A DNA stretch of 64,000 nt from an uncultured Clostridium sp. (GTDB lineage: Bacteria > Bacillota > Clostridia > TANB77 > CAG-508). The position numbers were made by a program, and so were the translations under genes. The stretch covers positions 29,915-93,914 of the forward strand of contig CAYJIP010000005.1 of assembly GCA_964370265.1 (NCBI GenBank), in the 5' to 3' direction. Each line of letters opens with the position of its first letter. Position 1 is the stretch's first letter. The notes beneath the pieces were generated by a model, which did no database searches, was not told the origin of the DNA, and was given only the letters and a program-made list of their open reading frames with translations. Of the stretch, positions 55,001 to 64,000 are shown one piece after another.

Positions 55001-56791
55001 ATGTCTATAGGTAAAGTTATTATGAGTATATGCTCAATAATATTTATATGGTTAGTGTATTTATTTACATTACCTGTATTAAATATTGGATTCTTATCAG
55101 GTTTTATCTTTTTTGCATTTATACTAATTATTCTAATAGGAAATATTGGTATGTGGTACGGTGCAGAAGATGAAATATTAGTTGATTTTGGAATGCCAGC
55201 AGGTGTAACATTTGGTATAGTAATTGTAATTGGTATAATATGTGCAATTATAGGGGCACCATGGTTTAACGCTAACACAATGCAAGAACAGTTACCAGAA
55301 GCAGAAGTTAGGGATTTTACTGATGATATAGCATATATGGATTTAACACAAGTACCAATTGTTGATGAAGAATATGCTATTAAGTTGGCAGACAAAAAAT
55401 TAGGGGAAAATCCTAGTTTAGGAAGTCAAGTAAATGTTGGTGAATTTGTTATGCAAAATGTTAATGGTGAATTAATATTAGTAGCTCCATTAGTGCATTC
55501 AGGATTTTTTGAATGGTCAAATAATAGTGGAGGAACACCAGGATATATCACTGTTAGTGCTTCAAATCCACAAGATGTTAGATTGGTTCAGGAAATTAAT
55601 GGAGAAGATATTAAAATTAAATATCAACCAGAAGCGTATTGGGGAGAAGATTTAAAACGACATATTTATGCCAATGGATATGGAACTACAGGAACTACAG
55701 ATTATTCATTTGAATTAGATGATAGTGGAAATCCATACTGGGTCATTACAACTTATGAGAATAAAACATTATATGGAACTGCTGAAGCAACAGGTGTAGC
55801 CGTTGTAAATGCTCAAACTGGAGAAACAAAAGGTTATAGTATTTCTGAGACGCCTGAATGGGTTGATAGAATACAACCAATGAATTTTGTATACAATCAA
55901 ATTGCTAATCAAGGGGAATACATCAAAGGTCCATTTAACTGGTCAAATAGTGATAAATTTATGCCTACAAATGGAATGGCAGTAATCTATAATGAAGGTC
56001 GTTGTTACTATTATACTGGTTTAACATCTATAGGGAGCGATGAATCAATCATGGGATTCTATTTAGTAGATACTAGAACAAAAGAAGTATTTTCATATAC
56101 TATGAAAGGTGCTCATGAAAATGCAGCTATGAAAAGTATAGAAGGAAAAGTACAAGACCTAGGATATGTTGCCACATTCCCAATACCAGTAAATATAGAT
56201 GGTATACCATCATATTTCCTTAAATTGAAAGACAAAGAAGGTTTGATTAAATCATATGGGTTTGTAAACATTGATTCATATGACATTGCGGCAACTGGTG
56301 ATACTATCCAACAAGCAATGCGTAATTATACAAATATGTTATATACAACAGGAAATAATGTAGCATTTGAACAAAGTGTGTATCAAAAAGATATAACAGG
56401 CATTGTTGATAGAATTAATTCAAAAGTTGAAAGTGGTGAAACAACATATATACTAACATTAATTGATGATGTAAATATATATACAATATCTTCATTGGTT
56501 TCAGAAGAAGTTACAATAACTGAACCAGGAGATGAAGTTAATTTAACATATGTTGAAAGTGGTGCTAATATTGTTAATATCAGCGATTTTGACAATTTAG
56601 ATATTCTAACAATTAAGTCTGAAAATCAAGAAATTAAAGATGAAATGGTAGAAGAGGCTGAAGTTGAAACAGAAGATTCAAAACAAAATACTATTATTGA
56701 AGTTAAACCGACAGAGGAAATGGATTTAGAATGGGACAATTTGTCAGATGAAGAAAAAGCAGCAATACTAAACGGATTAAATGAAGAATAA
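55001..56791 (+). CDS. Conserved-looking membrane protein with a large extracytoplasmic domain and an acidic C-terminal tail
   Basis: AGGAGG RBS. About four N-terminal TM helices, then about 450 aa of soluble beta-rich domain. Family not recognised. Confidence 0.65.
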   Translation: MSIGKVIMSICSIIFIWLVYLFTLPVLNIGFLSGFIFFAFILIILIGNIGMWYGAEDEILVDFGMPAGVTFGIVIVIGIICAIIGAPWFNANTMQEQLPEAEVRDFTDDIAYMDLTQVPIVDEEYAIKLADKKLGENPSLGSQVNVGEFVMQNVNGELILVAPLVHSGFFEWSNNSGGTPGYITVSASNPQDVRLVQEINGEDIKIKYQPEAYWGEDLKRHIYANGYGTTGTTDYSFELDDSGNPYWVITTYENKTLYGTAEATGVAVVNAQTGETKGYSISETPEWVDRIQPMNFVYNQIANQGEYIKGPFNWSNSDKFMPTNGMAVIYNEGRCYYYTGLTSIGSDESIMGFYLVDTRTKEVFSYTMKGAHENAAMKSIEGKVQDLGYVATFPIPVNIDGIPSYFLKLKDKEGLIKSYGFVNIDSYDIAATGDTIQQAMRNYTNMLYTTGNNVAFEQSVYQKDITGIVDRINSKVESGETTYILTLIDDVNIYTISSLVSEEVTITEPGDEVNLTYVESGANIVNISDFDNLDILTIKSENQEIKDEMVEEAEVETEDSKQNTIIEVKPTEEMDLEWDNLSDEEKAAILNGLNEE

Positions 56792-56800
56792 ACTTACCTT

Positions 56801-56829
56801 AAAGCTATGGGAATTTCCCATAGCTTTTT
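56801..56829 (+). terminator. Intrinsic terminator
   Basis: AAAGCTATGGG / CCCATAGCTTT stem with a 5-nt loop, followed by a T-run. Confidence 0.85.
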
Positions 56830-56934
56830 AAGTAGTACTCTAACATCTATACTATCTTAATATTTAATATTTAATATGTACTAGTTGTTTTATTGTCAGA
56901 TATTTGGTATAATTTTATGACGGAGGAAATATAT

Positions 56935-58665
56935 ATGAAATTAAAAGAAACATTAAAGTTTTTTAAGAAATATTTTAAAAAGGAAAAAAAGCTATTTATA
57001 ACAGCATTTATATTACTATTTTTATCAGCTTTTAGTAATGTGTTTTATGGAATGTTAGTTGGAAATGCAACACAATATGCAATAGATGGAGTGTATAAAA
57101 CAGCAATTATAACATTGGTAATATATTTTGTATTTGCTATAATAGATGTTATGTTTTTTACAAGAATTGGAAATATTAAAGTGGCACATTTAACAAATAA
57201 TTTAATGGAAAAAATGAGCTTTGATGTATTTAGAAAAGTTACTAAATTACCGACTAGAGCATTTGAAGAAAAAACAAGTGGAGAGTTAATAAATAGAATA
57301 AATACAGATTCATCTAACATATCAGATACTTTAGGACAAGTTATCACAACATTTTTACAGTTATTTTCATCATTAATGGTGTTTATATATATAATTTTTA
57401 ATTCTTGGATAGTTGCATTAGAAATAATTATATATATGTTTTTAGCATATATAATATCTAAAGTTTATTTACCAAAAATAAGAGCAGAACAAGAAAAAAT
57501 AACTATAGATAATGATGTAATAGTAGCAGAAGTAAATGAAACAATAAGAGGAATACGTGAAGTTAAAGCATTAGGTATTGTAGATAAATTAACAACAAGA
57601 GTAAAAGATATATTACAATTAATGTACTCTAAGAGTAAAAGACAATCTTCAATTGAAAATAAGTATAACTCATTAATATATTCATTATCAACTTTACTTG
57701 AAACATCAGTATTTATTACATGTATTTTACTAGTATTTTTCAATCAAAATAGTTTTGGTTTTTTTGTAGCAATGACATATTACATATATAGATTTACATT
57801 TACTGTTCAATCATTAATGAACATAACAAAAAGCTATCAAAAAATGAATGTATCTATACAAAGAATAAATGAAATTACTGATAATAAATTATACAAAGAT
57901 CAAGAATTTGGCGCAATTGATAAAACAGAAATAACAGGAAGAGTCAAATATAATAATATAACTTTTAAATATTCAGATCAAGAAAAAAATATATTCGAAA
58001 AATTAAACCTAGAAATAGAGCCGAACTCAGTAACTGCGATAGTAGGAAGAAGTGGTCAAGGTAAGACAAGTTTATTTAATCTACTATTAAGATATTTTGA
58101 TACAGAAAATGGAGAAGTTTTAATTGACGATATAAATATAAAAGATTTTACAGAACAAAGCTTAAGAAAAAATATTTCAATAATACGACAAGACCCATTT
58201 GTATTTAATAAAACAATATTAGAAAACTTCAAAATAATTGATGATAAATTTACAATTGAAGAAATAAGAGAAAGTTGTAAAGAAGCAGAAATTGACGAAT
58301 ATATAATGAGTTTACCTGAACAATACAATACTTTAATTGGTGAAGGTGGAGTTAATCTTTCAGGAGGACAAAAACAAAGATTAGCAATAGCAAGAGCATT
58401 ACTTAGAAAAAGTAAAATAATATTATTTGATGAAGCTACATCAGCGCTTGATAATAAAAATCAAGAAAAAATAAAAGTAGCAATAGCAAATTTAGCTAAA
58501 AACCACACAATTATCGTAATAGCACATAGATTAAGCACTATAGAAAATGCAAATATAATACATGTTGTAGATGGTGGAAATGTAGTAAATAGTGATACAC
58601 ATAAAGGTTTATTAGAAAAATCAGAAATATACAAAGAATTATATGAGAAAGAAGACAAAGTATAA
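56935..58665 (+). CDS. ABC exporter, fused permease-ATPase (MsbA/type I exporter-like)
   Basis: Six-TM N-terminal domain. Walker A GRSGQGKTS, signature LSGGQKQR, Walker B ILFDEATSALD. GGAGG RBS before ATG 56935. Confidence 0.85.
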   Translation: MKLKETLKFFKKYFKKEKKLFITAFILLFLSAFSNVFYGMLVGNATQYAIDGVYKTAIITLVIYFVFAIIDVMFFTRIGNIKVAHLTNNLMEKMSFDVFRKVTKLPTRAFEEKTSGELINRINTDSSNISDTLGQVITTFLQLFSSLMVFIYIIFNSWIVALEIIIYMFLAYIISKVYLPKIRAEQEKITIDNDVIVAEVNETIRGIREVKALGIVDKLTTRVKDILQLMYSKSKRQSSIENKYNSLIYSLSTLLETSVFITCILLVFFNQNSFGFFVAMTYYIYRFTFTVQSLMNITKSYQKMNVSIQRINEITDNKLYKDQEFGAIDKTEITGRVKYNNITFKYSDQEKNIFEKLNLEIEPNSVTAIVGRSGQGKTSLFNLLLRYFDTENGEVLIDDINIKDFTEQSLRKNISIIRQDPFVFNKTILENFKIIDDKFTIEEIRESCKEAEIDEYIMSLPEQYNTLIGEGGVNLSGGQKQRLAIARALLRKSKIILFDEATSALDNKNQEKIKVAIANLAKNHTIIVIAHRLSTIENANIIHVVDGGNVVNSDTHKGLLEKSEIYKELYEKEDKV

Positions 58666-58797
58666 GAGTAGTAAGCAAGGAAGTAAAGCAAGTAGAGTGA
58701 AAAAGTGAACAAAATCATACTTTAGGTTGATAAAAATAAAGATGTTTTATGTTATAATTTATAAATACTAATAAATACATAAAAAAGGAGGCAAAAC

Positions 58798-59019
58798 ATG
58801 GCAGGTAATAAATCAAAAATGATAGCAGCATTATTAGCATTATTTTTAGGGTATTTTGGAATACATAATTTTTATTTAGGTAATTCTAAAAAAGCAGTTA
58901 TGCAAATAGTAGTAACTATAGTTACATGTGGTATTGGTTCAGTATGGGGATTTGTAGATGCAATATTCTTATTTACTGGAAAAATCGATACAGATGCAGC
59001 AGGAAACAAATTAGTTTAA
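58798..59019 (+). CDS. TM2 domain-containing small membrane protein
   Basis: ALFLGYFGIHNFYLG and GFVDAI motifs of the TM2 domain. Confidence 0.7.
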   Translation: MAGNKSKMIAALLALFLGYFGIHNFYLGNSKKAVMQIVVTIVTCGIGSVWGFVDAIFLFTGKIDTDAAGNKLV

Positions 59020-59203
59020 AATGAATTTAAAACTATAAAAAATTAGAGATAAAAAGCTATATAGATAATTGGTGTTAGTCTTAATTGACTCATTAGATAT
59101 TTATATAGTTTTTTTGTTCAATTCTAAGTGCGCAATTTTGAAAAAATTCAAAGACAAGGAAAGAAGAACATGGGGAATTGTAGTGGAAATTAATCGATTG
59201 CCA

Positions 59204-59232
59204 TTGACTTAAAAAAATCAAGGTGGTACAAT
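59204..59232 (+). promoter_or_regulatory. Strong SigA-type promoter (extended -10) of the beta-CASP gene
   Basis: TTGACT, 17-nt spacer, TACAAT, with TG at -15/-14. Leaves a leader of about 125 nt. Confidence 0.65.
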
Positions 59233-59364
59233 GAAAATATATACTAAAGAGTAGTATAGAATCGAAAAAAATAATATTTTTTAAGGGGGAATTTATTTAA
59301 TTTTATTTAATAAAGAATATGGCTTAAACCTATTCAAAATAATTAACAGTTATGGAGGTTCATT

Positions 59365-61131
59365 ATGCTAAAAGAAATTGCTGTAACAACAGAAGCTATT
59401 CACCAAGAAGTAACAGGATCATGTTTTAAAAATACTATTAAATTTCCAAACGGTGTAGAAAAACGGTTTATAGTAGATTTAGGATTAATTCAAGAACAAG
59501 AATATGATCATTATAATGATTATTTGGATTTTGACCCAAAAAACTATGACGCTATATTTATAACACATAATCACAATGACCATTATGGAAGGGTTCCTAA
59601 GTTTTATCGAGATGGTGGAGATTGTACGATATATACTTCAATACCAACTCAAGAACTAATGAAGCCAGCATTAATTGATTCATGTAGAATTGTTAGAAAT
59701 AGACGTAAGCCTAGAAAAAATGCTAAATTGTATACTGTAAAAGAATTAGAAAAAATGATTGGAGATATCGGAGATATTTCGAAGTATTTACCTAAAAAAG
59801 CAAAACAAAGAAATATAGGACTTTTCTCTGAAGAGGATTTAGCAAAAGTATTTGGTAAATACAGTCAAACTGATAATCTCATATCAGAAGCTTTAAAAAC
59901 AGGTGTATATATTAGAGATATTAGCAATAAGATTAAAAACAAAAAGAGACAGGACAAAGTTTTTAAAGCACTTCGGAAAGCTTTTGAACAAAAGGCATCA
60001 TATTTATTAAAAGAAAAATTAAAAGAAAACAGGGAAGAAGAACAAGAACCATTATATGAAATGGAAGATGTTGAATCTGTTTTTATGCATACACAAGGAA
60101 TGCCTTTTTATCAAAAATTTTCACCGTTTGAAGGTGTTGATGTTACATTTTTAATGAATGGACATGTAGTTGGAGCTGCAATGATTTTGATTGAAATAGC
60201 ATATGAAGGTTGCGAATCAGTAAACCTATTGTTTACAGGAGATTATTGTGAAGAAAATATATTTTTGGATATACCAGAAATTCCAAAAAAGATATTGGAT
60301 TTACCAATTAGAATATTTTGTGAAGCAACATATGGCAAAATGAAATCAGATGAAATAAAAATTTGCTTTAAAGAAAACATATTGAAACATTTAGAAAATC
60401 CAGAAGGAGTAGTTATTTGTCCCGCATTTTCATTTGGGAGAAGGCAAGAAGGTGAATATGCTACAAAAATGTGGCAAAATGAAGGTGAATTATCTTTAGA
60501 AATTCCTATAATAGTGGATGGTAATTTAGGGCATAATTATGATGAGTTATTCATCAATAATGATAATCTAGGAATAAAAGAAGAAATGAAACTATTCAAA
60601 CCCCAAAACTCACACAAAGCTAGCAGAGAAAATAGGAGTATGTATTTAAATATGAATACAAATGCAATAATTTTCTCATCATCAGGAATGGGATCATATG
60701 GACCAATACAGCAATATATATTATCATATATTGAAAATCCAAATGCATTAATTCATTTTATGGGATATTGTGCAGAAGGTACTTTAGGACATAGATTAAA
60801 AAATACAGTTGATGGGCAACCTATAAATATTTATGGGCAAATGAAAATTAAAAGAGCAAAAATTGAATATACTTCTGAATTTTCAGCACACGCAAAATGT
60901 GATGGATTGAAAAAACTTTTAAGAAAATTCAATAATATAGAAACCATTTTTATAAATCATGGAACAATAGAATCTAAAAATGAATTTGGGAAATATTTAA
61001 TTCAAGACAAAGATTTTATACAAAATCATTTTTCAGAAAAATCAACCAGTAAAATAATAGTAATGGACACACAATATATGTATAGAATGAAAGGGTCTCA
61101 TATTAAGTCAATTCCAAGAGGTATAAGGTAA
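59365..61131 (+). CDS. MBL-fold / beta-CASP family nuclease with a large Lys/Arg-rich insertion
   Basis: HNHNDH (HxHxDH), NGHVVGAA, FTGDY, CEATYG, PAFSFGRRQE, SSSGMGSYG, GYCAEGTLG, FSAHA and INHG, in canonical order. Confidence 0.8.
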   Translation: MLKEIAVTTEAIHQEVTGSCFKNTIKFPNGVEKRFIVDLGLIQEQEYDHYNDYLDFDPKNYDAIFITHNHNDHYGRVPKFYRDGGDCTIYTSIPTQELMKPALIDSCRIVRNRRKPRKNAKLYTVKELEKMIGDIGDISKYLPKKAKQRNIGLFSEEDLAKVFGKYSQTDNLISEALKTGVYIRDISNKIKNKKRQDKVFKALRKAFEQKASYLLKEKLKENREEEQEPLYEMEDVESVFMHTQGMPFYQKFSPFEGVDVTFLMNGHVVGAAMILIEIAYEGCESVNLLFTGDYCEENIFLDIPEIPKKILDLPIRIFCEATYGKMKSDEIKICFKENILKHLENPEGVVICPAFSFGRRQEGEYATKMWQNEGELSLEIPIIVDGNLGHNYDELFINNDNLGIKEEMKLFKPQNSHKASRENRSMYLNMNTNAIIFSSSGMGSYGPIQQYILSYIENPNALIHFMGYCAEGTLGHRLKNTVDGQPINIYGQMKIKRAKIEYTSEFSAHAKCDGLKKLLRKFNNIETIFINHGTIESKNEFGKYLIQDKDFIQNHFSEKSTSKIIVMDTQYMYRMKGSHIKSIPRGIR

Positions 61132-61171
61132 ATAACAAGTTTTAATAAATACAATAAAATTAAATAAAGTT

Positions 61172-61203
61172 AAAAGTATAATTCAATGAATTATACTTTT
61201 TCT
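61172..61203. terminator. Intrinsic terminator shared by convergent genes
   Basis: AAAAGTATAATTCA / TGAATTATACTTTT stem. Confidence 0.75.
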
Positions 61204-61283
61204 TATGAAGTAAAAACTATTATAAAAGAAAAGGGGAAATAACTAAGTCAATAAACGAATAAACGATTAAATAATTAACAATA

Positions 61284-61712
61284 TTAATCATTATCATGAT
61301 AATGATTAATTTCTCTTCTTTGAGCAATATAGTACCAAACTAAACCAAAAACAACTAAAGCAGCTGCTGCAACAATAAGCCATGTCCACATATTTCCTGT
61401 CATACCCATTAAAGTTGTATCAGTAGTAGTAGATGTTCTTTCAGTTGTATAAGTACTAGGCGAAGGTGTTGTCGACATTGTGCTTGAGATGTCATTTGTC
61501 ATATTATCCATTTTTTCTTCTGCATTGTTCATCATATCTTCAGTTGTAGTATTGATATTATCTATAGTATTATCAATACCATCTTTTGCATCTTCAGTCA
61601 TTGTATTAAAGTCATTTTCTAAATTTGTCATCATATCATTAGCAAAACAAAAGGAAAAAAGAGAAAATAATAAGAAAATTGAGACGAATGAAAGTGATAT
61701 TTTTTTAAACAT
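61284..61712 (-). CDS. Small secreted or anchored protein: signal peptide, acidic Asn/Thr/Met-rich region, C-terminal TM
   Basis: AGGAGG RBS. Signal-like N-terminus ending FCFA/ND. Thr/Ser/Pro tract. WLIVAAAALVVFGLVWYYI helix followed by QRRE. Confidence 0.65.
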   Translation of the reverse strand: MFKKISLSFVSIFLLFSLFSFCFANDMMTNLENDFNTMTEDAKDGIDNTIDNINTTTEDMMNNAEEKMDNMTNDISSTMSTTPSPSTYTTERTSTTTDTTLMGMTGNMWTWLIVAAAALVVFGLVWYYIAQRREINHYHDND

Positions 61713-61936
61713 ATGGTCCTCCTATAAAAAATATAAATTAAAATAAATAGATATAATTTAATTCAAATAAATGAAAATATATTTATTTATATATAGTATT
61801 AGGAAAAAATACATATAATATACTTGAAAAATTTGTATGATAATAAAAAATAAGTAGAAAACAAAATTAGAACAAATGATTTAAAAAATCTAAAAGAGAG
61901 TAAAAAAATAAACTAAAATAAAAAAATAAAGTAAAA

Positions 61937-61964
61937 TAAAAAACTTTCAAAATAAATTTGAAAG
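61937..61964 (-). terminator. Intrinsic terminator
   Basis: Minus strand reads CTTTCAAA-TTTAT-TTTGAAAG followed by TTTTTT. Confidence 0.65.
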
Positions 61965-61973
61965 TAATATATA

Positions 61974-62396
61974 TTAGGAATTTAATCTTATTAAAATTGC
62001 AATTGATAATAATACAAGTAATATTCCAATAACAATTATAGCGATATTTAAAATATTAGATAATGTTAATTCATTTTCTTCATTAGAAGTTTGGGTTACA
62101 GAACTAACTTTATTAGTAGAAGATTCTTGGTTGTTGTTTGTATCTGAATCTTCATTTTCAGTATCTTCATTGTTTGAAGTGTTTTCATTATCATCTTCGC
62201 TTGAAGATGAGCTTGAAGATGAGCTTGAAGATGAGCTTGAAGAGTTTGAAGAGTTTGAAGAATCATCATCTTCATCAGGTAAATTTAAATCTACAGCAAA
62301 TGAATTAGTTACTCCTAGAAAAAGAATAAGTAATATAAATGTTGATAAAATCTTAAGCATTTTTATTTTTTTTGAATTTTTTAATGTTTGATACAT
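61974..62396 (-). CDS. Small secreted or anchored protein: signal peptide, poly-Ser/Asp/Asn/Glu region, C-terminal TM
   Basis: AGGAGG RBS. Signal-like N-terminus ending NSFA/VD. Long Ser-rich acidic run (poly-Ser core of 15, after SS-N-SS-N). C-terminal IAIIVIGILLVLLSIAILI helix. Confidence 0.65.
   Translation of the reverse strand: MYQTLKNSKKIKMLKILSTFILLILFLGVTNSFAVDLNLPDEDDDSSNSSNSSSSSSSSSSSSSSSEDDNENTSNNEDTENEDSDTNNNQESSTNKVSSVTQTSNEENELTLSNILNIAIIVIGILLVLLSIAILIRLNS
62199..62260. repeat. Coding tandem repeats: 12-nt GCTTGAAGATGA x3 plus 9-nt units, encoding the poly-Ser tract on the minus strand
   Basis: Units at 62199, 62211 and 62223, followed by the GCTTGAAGAG / TTTGAAGAG series. 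Confidence 0.85.
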
Positions 62397-62596
62397 GTTT
62401 TCCTCCTATGTATTATATATACACATATAATATCATAAGAAAAATGAAATTGTCTACCGGTATTAAAAAATATTTAATAATTATATGAGAAATTAAAAAA
62501 TTAATAAAAAATTAATAAAAAAATATATAAAAATTAGTAAAAATATTGTGAAAAAATGTAAAAAGGTATAAAATGTATTTGAAAGGGGAAATTGAG

Positions 62597-63487
62597 ATGA
62601 GTTTAATTATTAAAGATGTAAGTAAAAACTTCGCAGAAAAAAAAGCAGTAGATCAAATATCATTCTCACTTGAAAAACCAGGAGTGTTTGGACTACTAGG
62701 AACAAATGGTGCTGGTAAAACAACTACAATTAGAATGATTTTAGGTATTATACGAAAAGATGAAGGTACAATTACTTGGAACGGTAAAGAAGTTTCAAGA
62801 CAAACTGTGAACTTTGGATATTTACCAGAAGAAAGAGGAGTATATCAAAAAGTAAAAATAATAGATCAATTAATATATTTTGCTGAATTAAAAGGTATGA
62901 AAAAAGCCAAAGCAATGGATGAGATAAATAAATGGGCAAAAATATTAAAGGTGGAAGAATATTTACAGATGAAAGCGGAAAAACTTTCTAAAGGTAACCA
63001 ACAAAAAATACAATTAATAACAGCATTAGTACATAATCCAGATTTGATAATTTTAGATGAACCATTTAGTGGGTTAGATCCCGTAAATGCGGAAATATTA
63101 AAAAATGTTATGATAGATTTAGTAAATCAAGGTAAATATATAATAATGTCAAGTCATCAAATGACTTCAATAGAAGAATTTTGTACAGATATAGTTATAT
63201 TAAATAGAGGAAAAACAGTTCTAAAAGGAAATTTAAAAGAAATTAAAAATACATACAAATCAAATAGATTAGAAATAAGTACAAATATTGATATAAGAAA
63301 ATATATTGAAGAAGCAAATTTAGTTTTAGAAAATGTAAAAAATGATATATATTCAATTAAAATTGATGGAGATGAAAAAGCAAGAAAATTATTAAAAACA
63401 TTAATTCAAAATGATATGGAAATAAATAGTTTTGATATCAAAAAACCTACATTAAATGATATATTTATAGAAAAGGTAGGTGTGTAA
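62597..63487 (+). CDS. ABC transporter ATP-binding protein (ABC-2 / NatA-like)
   Basis: Walker A GTNGAGKTT, signature LSKGNQQK, Walker B LIILDEPFSGLD. ATG 62597 follows AAAGGGGA. Confidence 0.85.
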   Translation: MSLIIKDVSKNFAEKKAVDQISFSLEKPGVFGLLGTNGAGKTTTIRMILGIIRKDEGTITWNGKEVSRQTVNFGYLPEERGVYQKVKIIDQLIYFAELKGMKKAKAMDEINKWAKILKVEEYLQMKAEKLSKGNQQKIQLITALVHNPDLIILDEPFSGLDPVNAEILKNVMIDLVNQGKYIIMSSHQMTSIEEFCTDIVILNRGKTVLKGNLKEIKNTYKSNRLEISTNIDIRKYIEEANLVLENVKNDIYSIKIDGDEKARKLLKTLIQNDMEINSFDIKKPTLNDIFIEKVGV

Positions 63488-63488
63488 T

Positions 63489-64000
63489 ATGAAAAATTTA
63501 GATAATTTAAAAACAGTAATAAAATTTACAATAAAAGATGCAATAACAAGACCAGCATTTATAATAACAACAGTAATATTTTTAGTATTAATAGTAGCAG
63601 GTTTTAATATTCCATCAATTTTAGAAGCTTTTGATGTGAATGAATCATCATTTATGACAAATACACTAATAATTGATAGTGAAAACATATATAAAGATAG
63701 TTTATCAAATATAAATGATATGGAATTAGGATATGAAATACAAGTTAAAAATGAAGAAGTAAAAATTGAAGATTTAAAATCAATGATAAATAATGGTGAG
63801 GTTGATGAAGCTTTAATAATTAAAGAAGAAAATGAAGTGATAAAAATTGAATATATGGTTAAAAATATGAATTCAATTATGGCTCCTCCAGAGGCATTAG
63901 TAAATACATTAAATGAAATGTATAAAACAATCAAAATATCTGAATTAGGATTATCAGAAGAGCAATTAAAAAGTATAACACCAATATTAGAGTTTAGTGT
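63489..64000 (+). CDS. ABC-2 type transporter permease, N-terminal part (3' end outside window)
   Basis: ATG 1 nt after the ATPase stop. Frame open to the window end (MKNLDNLKTVIKFTIKDAITRPAFIITTVIFLVLIVAG...). One TM, then a large external loop, as in NatB-like permeases. Absent from the ORF track because no stop is reached. Confidence 0.65.
   Translation, partial: MKNLDNLKTVIKFTIKDAITRPAFIITTVIFLVLIVAGFNIPSILEAFDVNESSFMTNTLIIDSENIYKDSLSNINDMELGYEIQVKNEEVKIEDLKSMINNGEVDEALIIKEENEVIKIEYMVKNMNSIMAPPEALVNTLNEMYKTIKISELGLSEEQLKSITPILEFS

Noticed and set aside
54922-55395. 157-aa minus-strand ORF
   Set aside because: Antisense to the 5' end, RBS and promoter of the 55001 gene, which has far better start signals.
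61300-61420. Sortase-type sorting signal in the small secreted proteins (LMGMTG before the C-terminal TM)
   Set aside because: No LPXTG or (S/P)PXTG-like pentapeptide. The tail after the helix is long and acidic. More likely a simple membrane anchor.
63452-63934. 160-aa minus-strand ORF at the window end
   Set aside because: Antisense to the plus-strand frame that starts 1 nt after the ABC ATPase stop and stays open to the window edge (ABC-2 permease). The plus-strand reading fits the operon logic.

Overview
Very AT-rich chromosomal segment from a spore-forming low-GC Firmicute (Clostridia-like). I call about 60 protein-coding genes, mostly on the + strand. I recognised no rRNA, tRNA, CRISPR array, transposase, integrase or phage module by eye. 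Housekeeping blocks: uvrA 3' end; accD-accA-fabI; recJ-relA-MBL hydrolase-hisS; nrdD plus a deaminase; murT-gatD; trmB; pta-ackA followed by a second ackA paralog; asnB; rpmF. Sporulation genes: gpr, cwlJ-like/gerQ-like, cotJABC. Next to cotJABC is a four-gene glycan-modification cassette. Envelope genes: an LPXTG papain-like protease with five Ig-like repeats, a LiaF-like/DUF4097 pair, and two ABC systems. Gene starts were re-picked from RBS positions where the ORF track over-extends. Items most worth follow-up: (1) two weakly paralogous orphan genes inserted antisense between fabI and recJ, each with its own extended -10 promoter and a shared 20-nt GC-rich palindrome in the 5' leader, flanked by competing hairpins; (2) an ECF-like sigma factor broken by one extra AT unit in an (AT)n tract, whose C-terminus carries two transmembrane helices; (3) an orphan MBL/beta-CASP nuclease with an insertion of about 115 aa of Lys/Arg-rich sequence; (4) a protein whose C-terminal half resembles a MazF/PemK fold, with no partner gene; (5) short tandem repeats (6-17 nt units) that recur between stop codons and terminator hairpins. 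All homology calls come from motif recognition by eye. No searches or computations were run.
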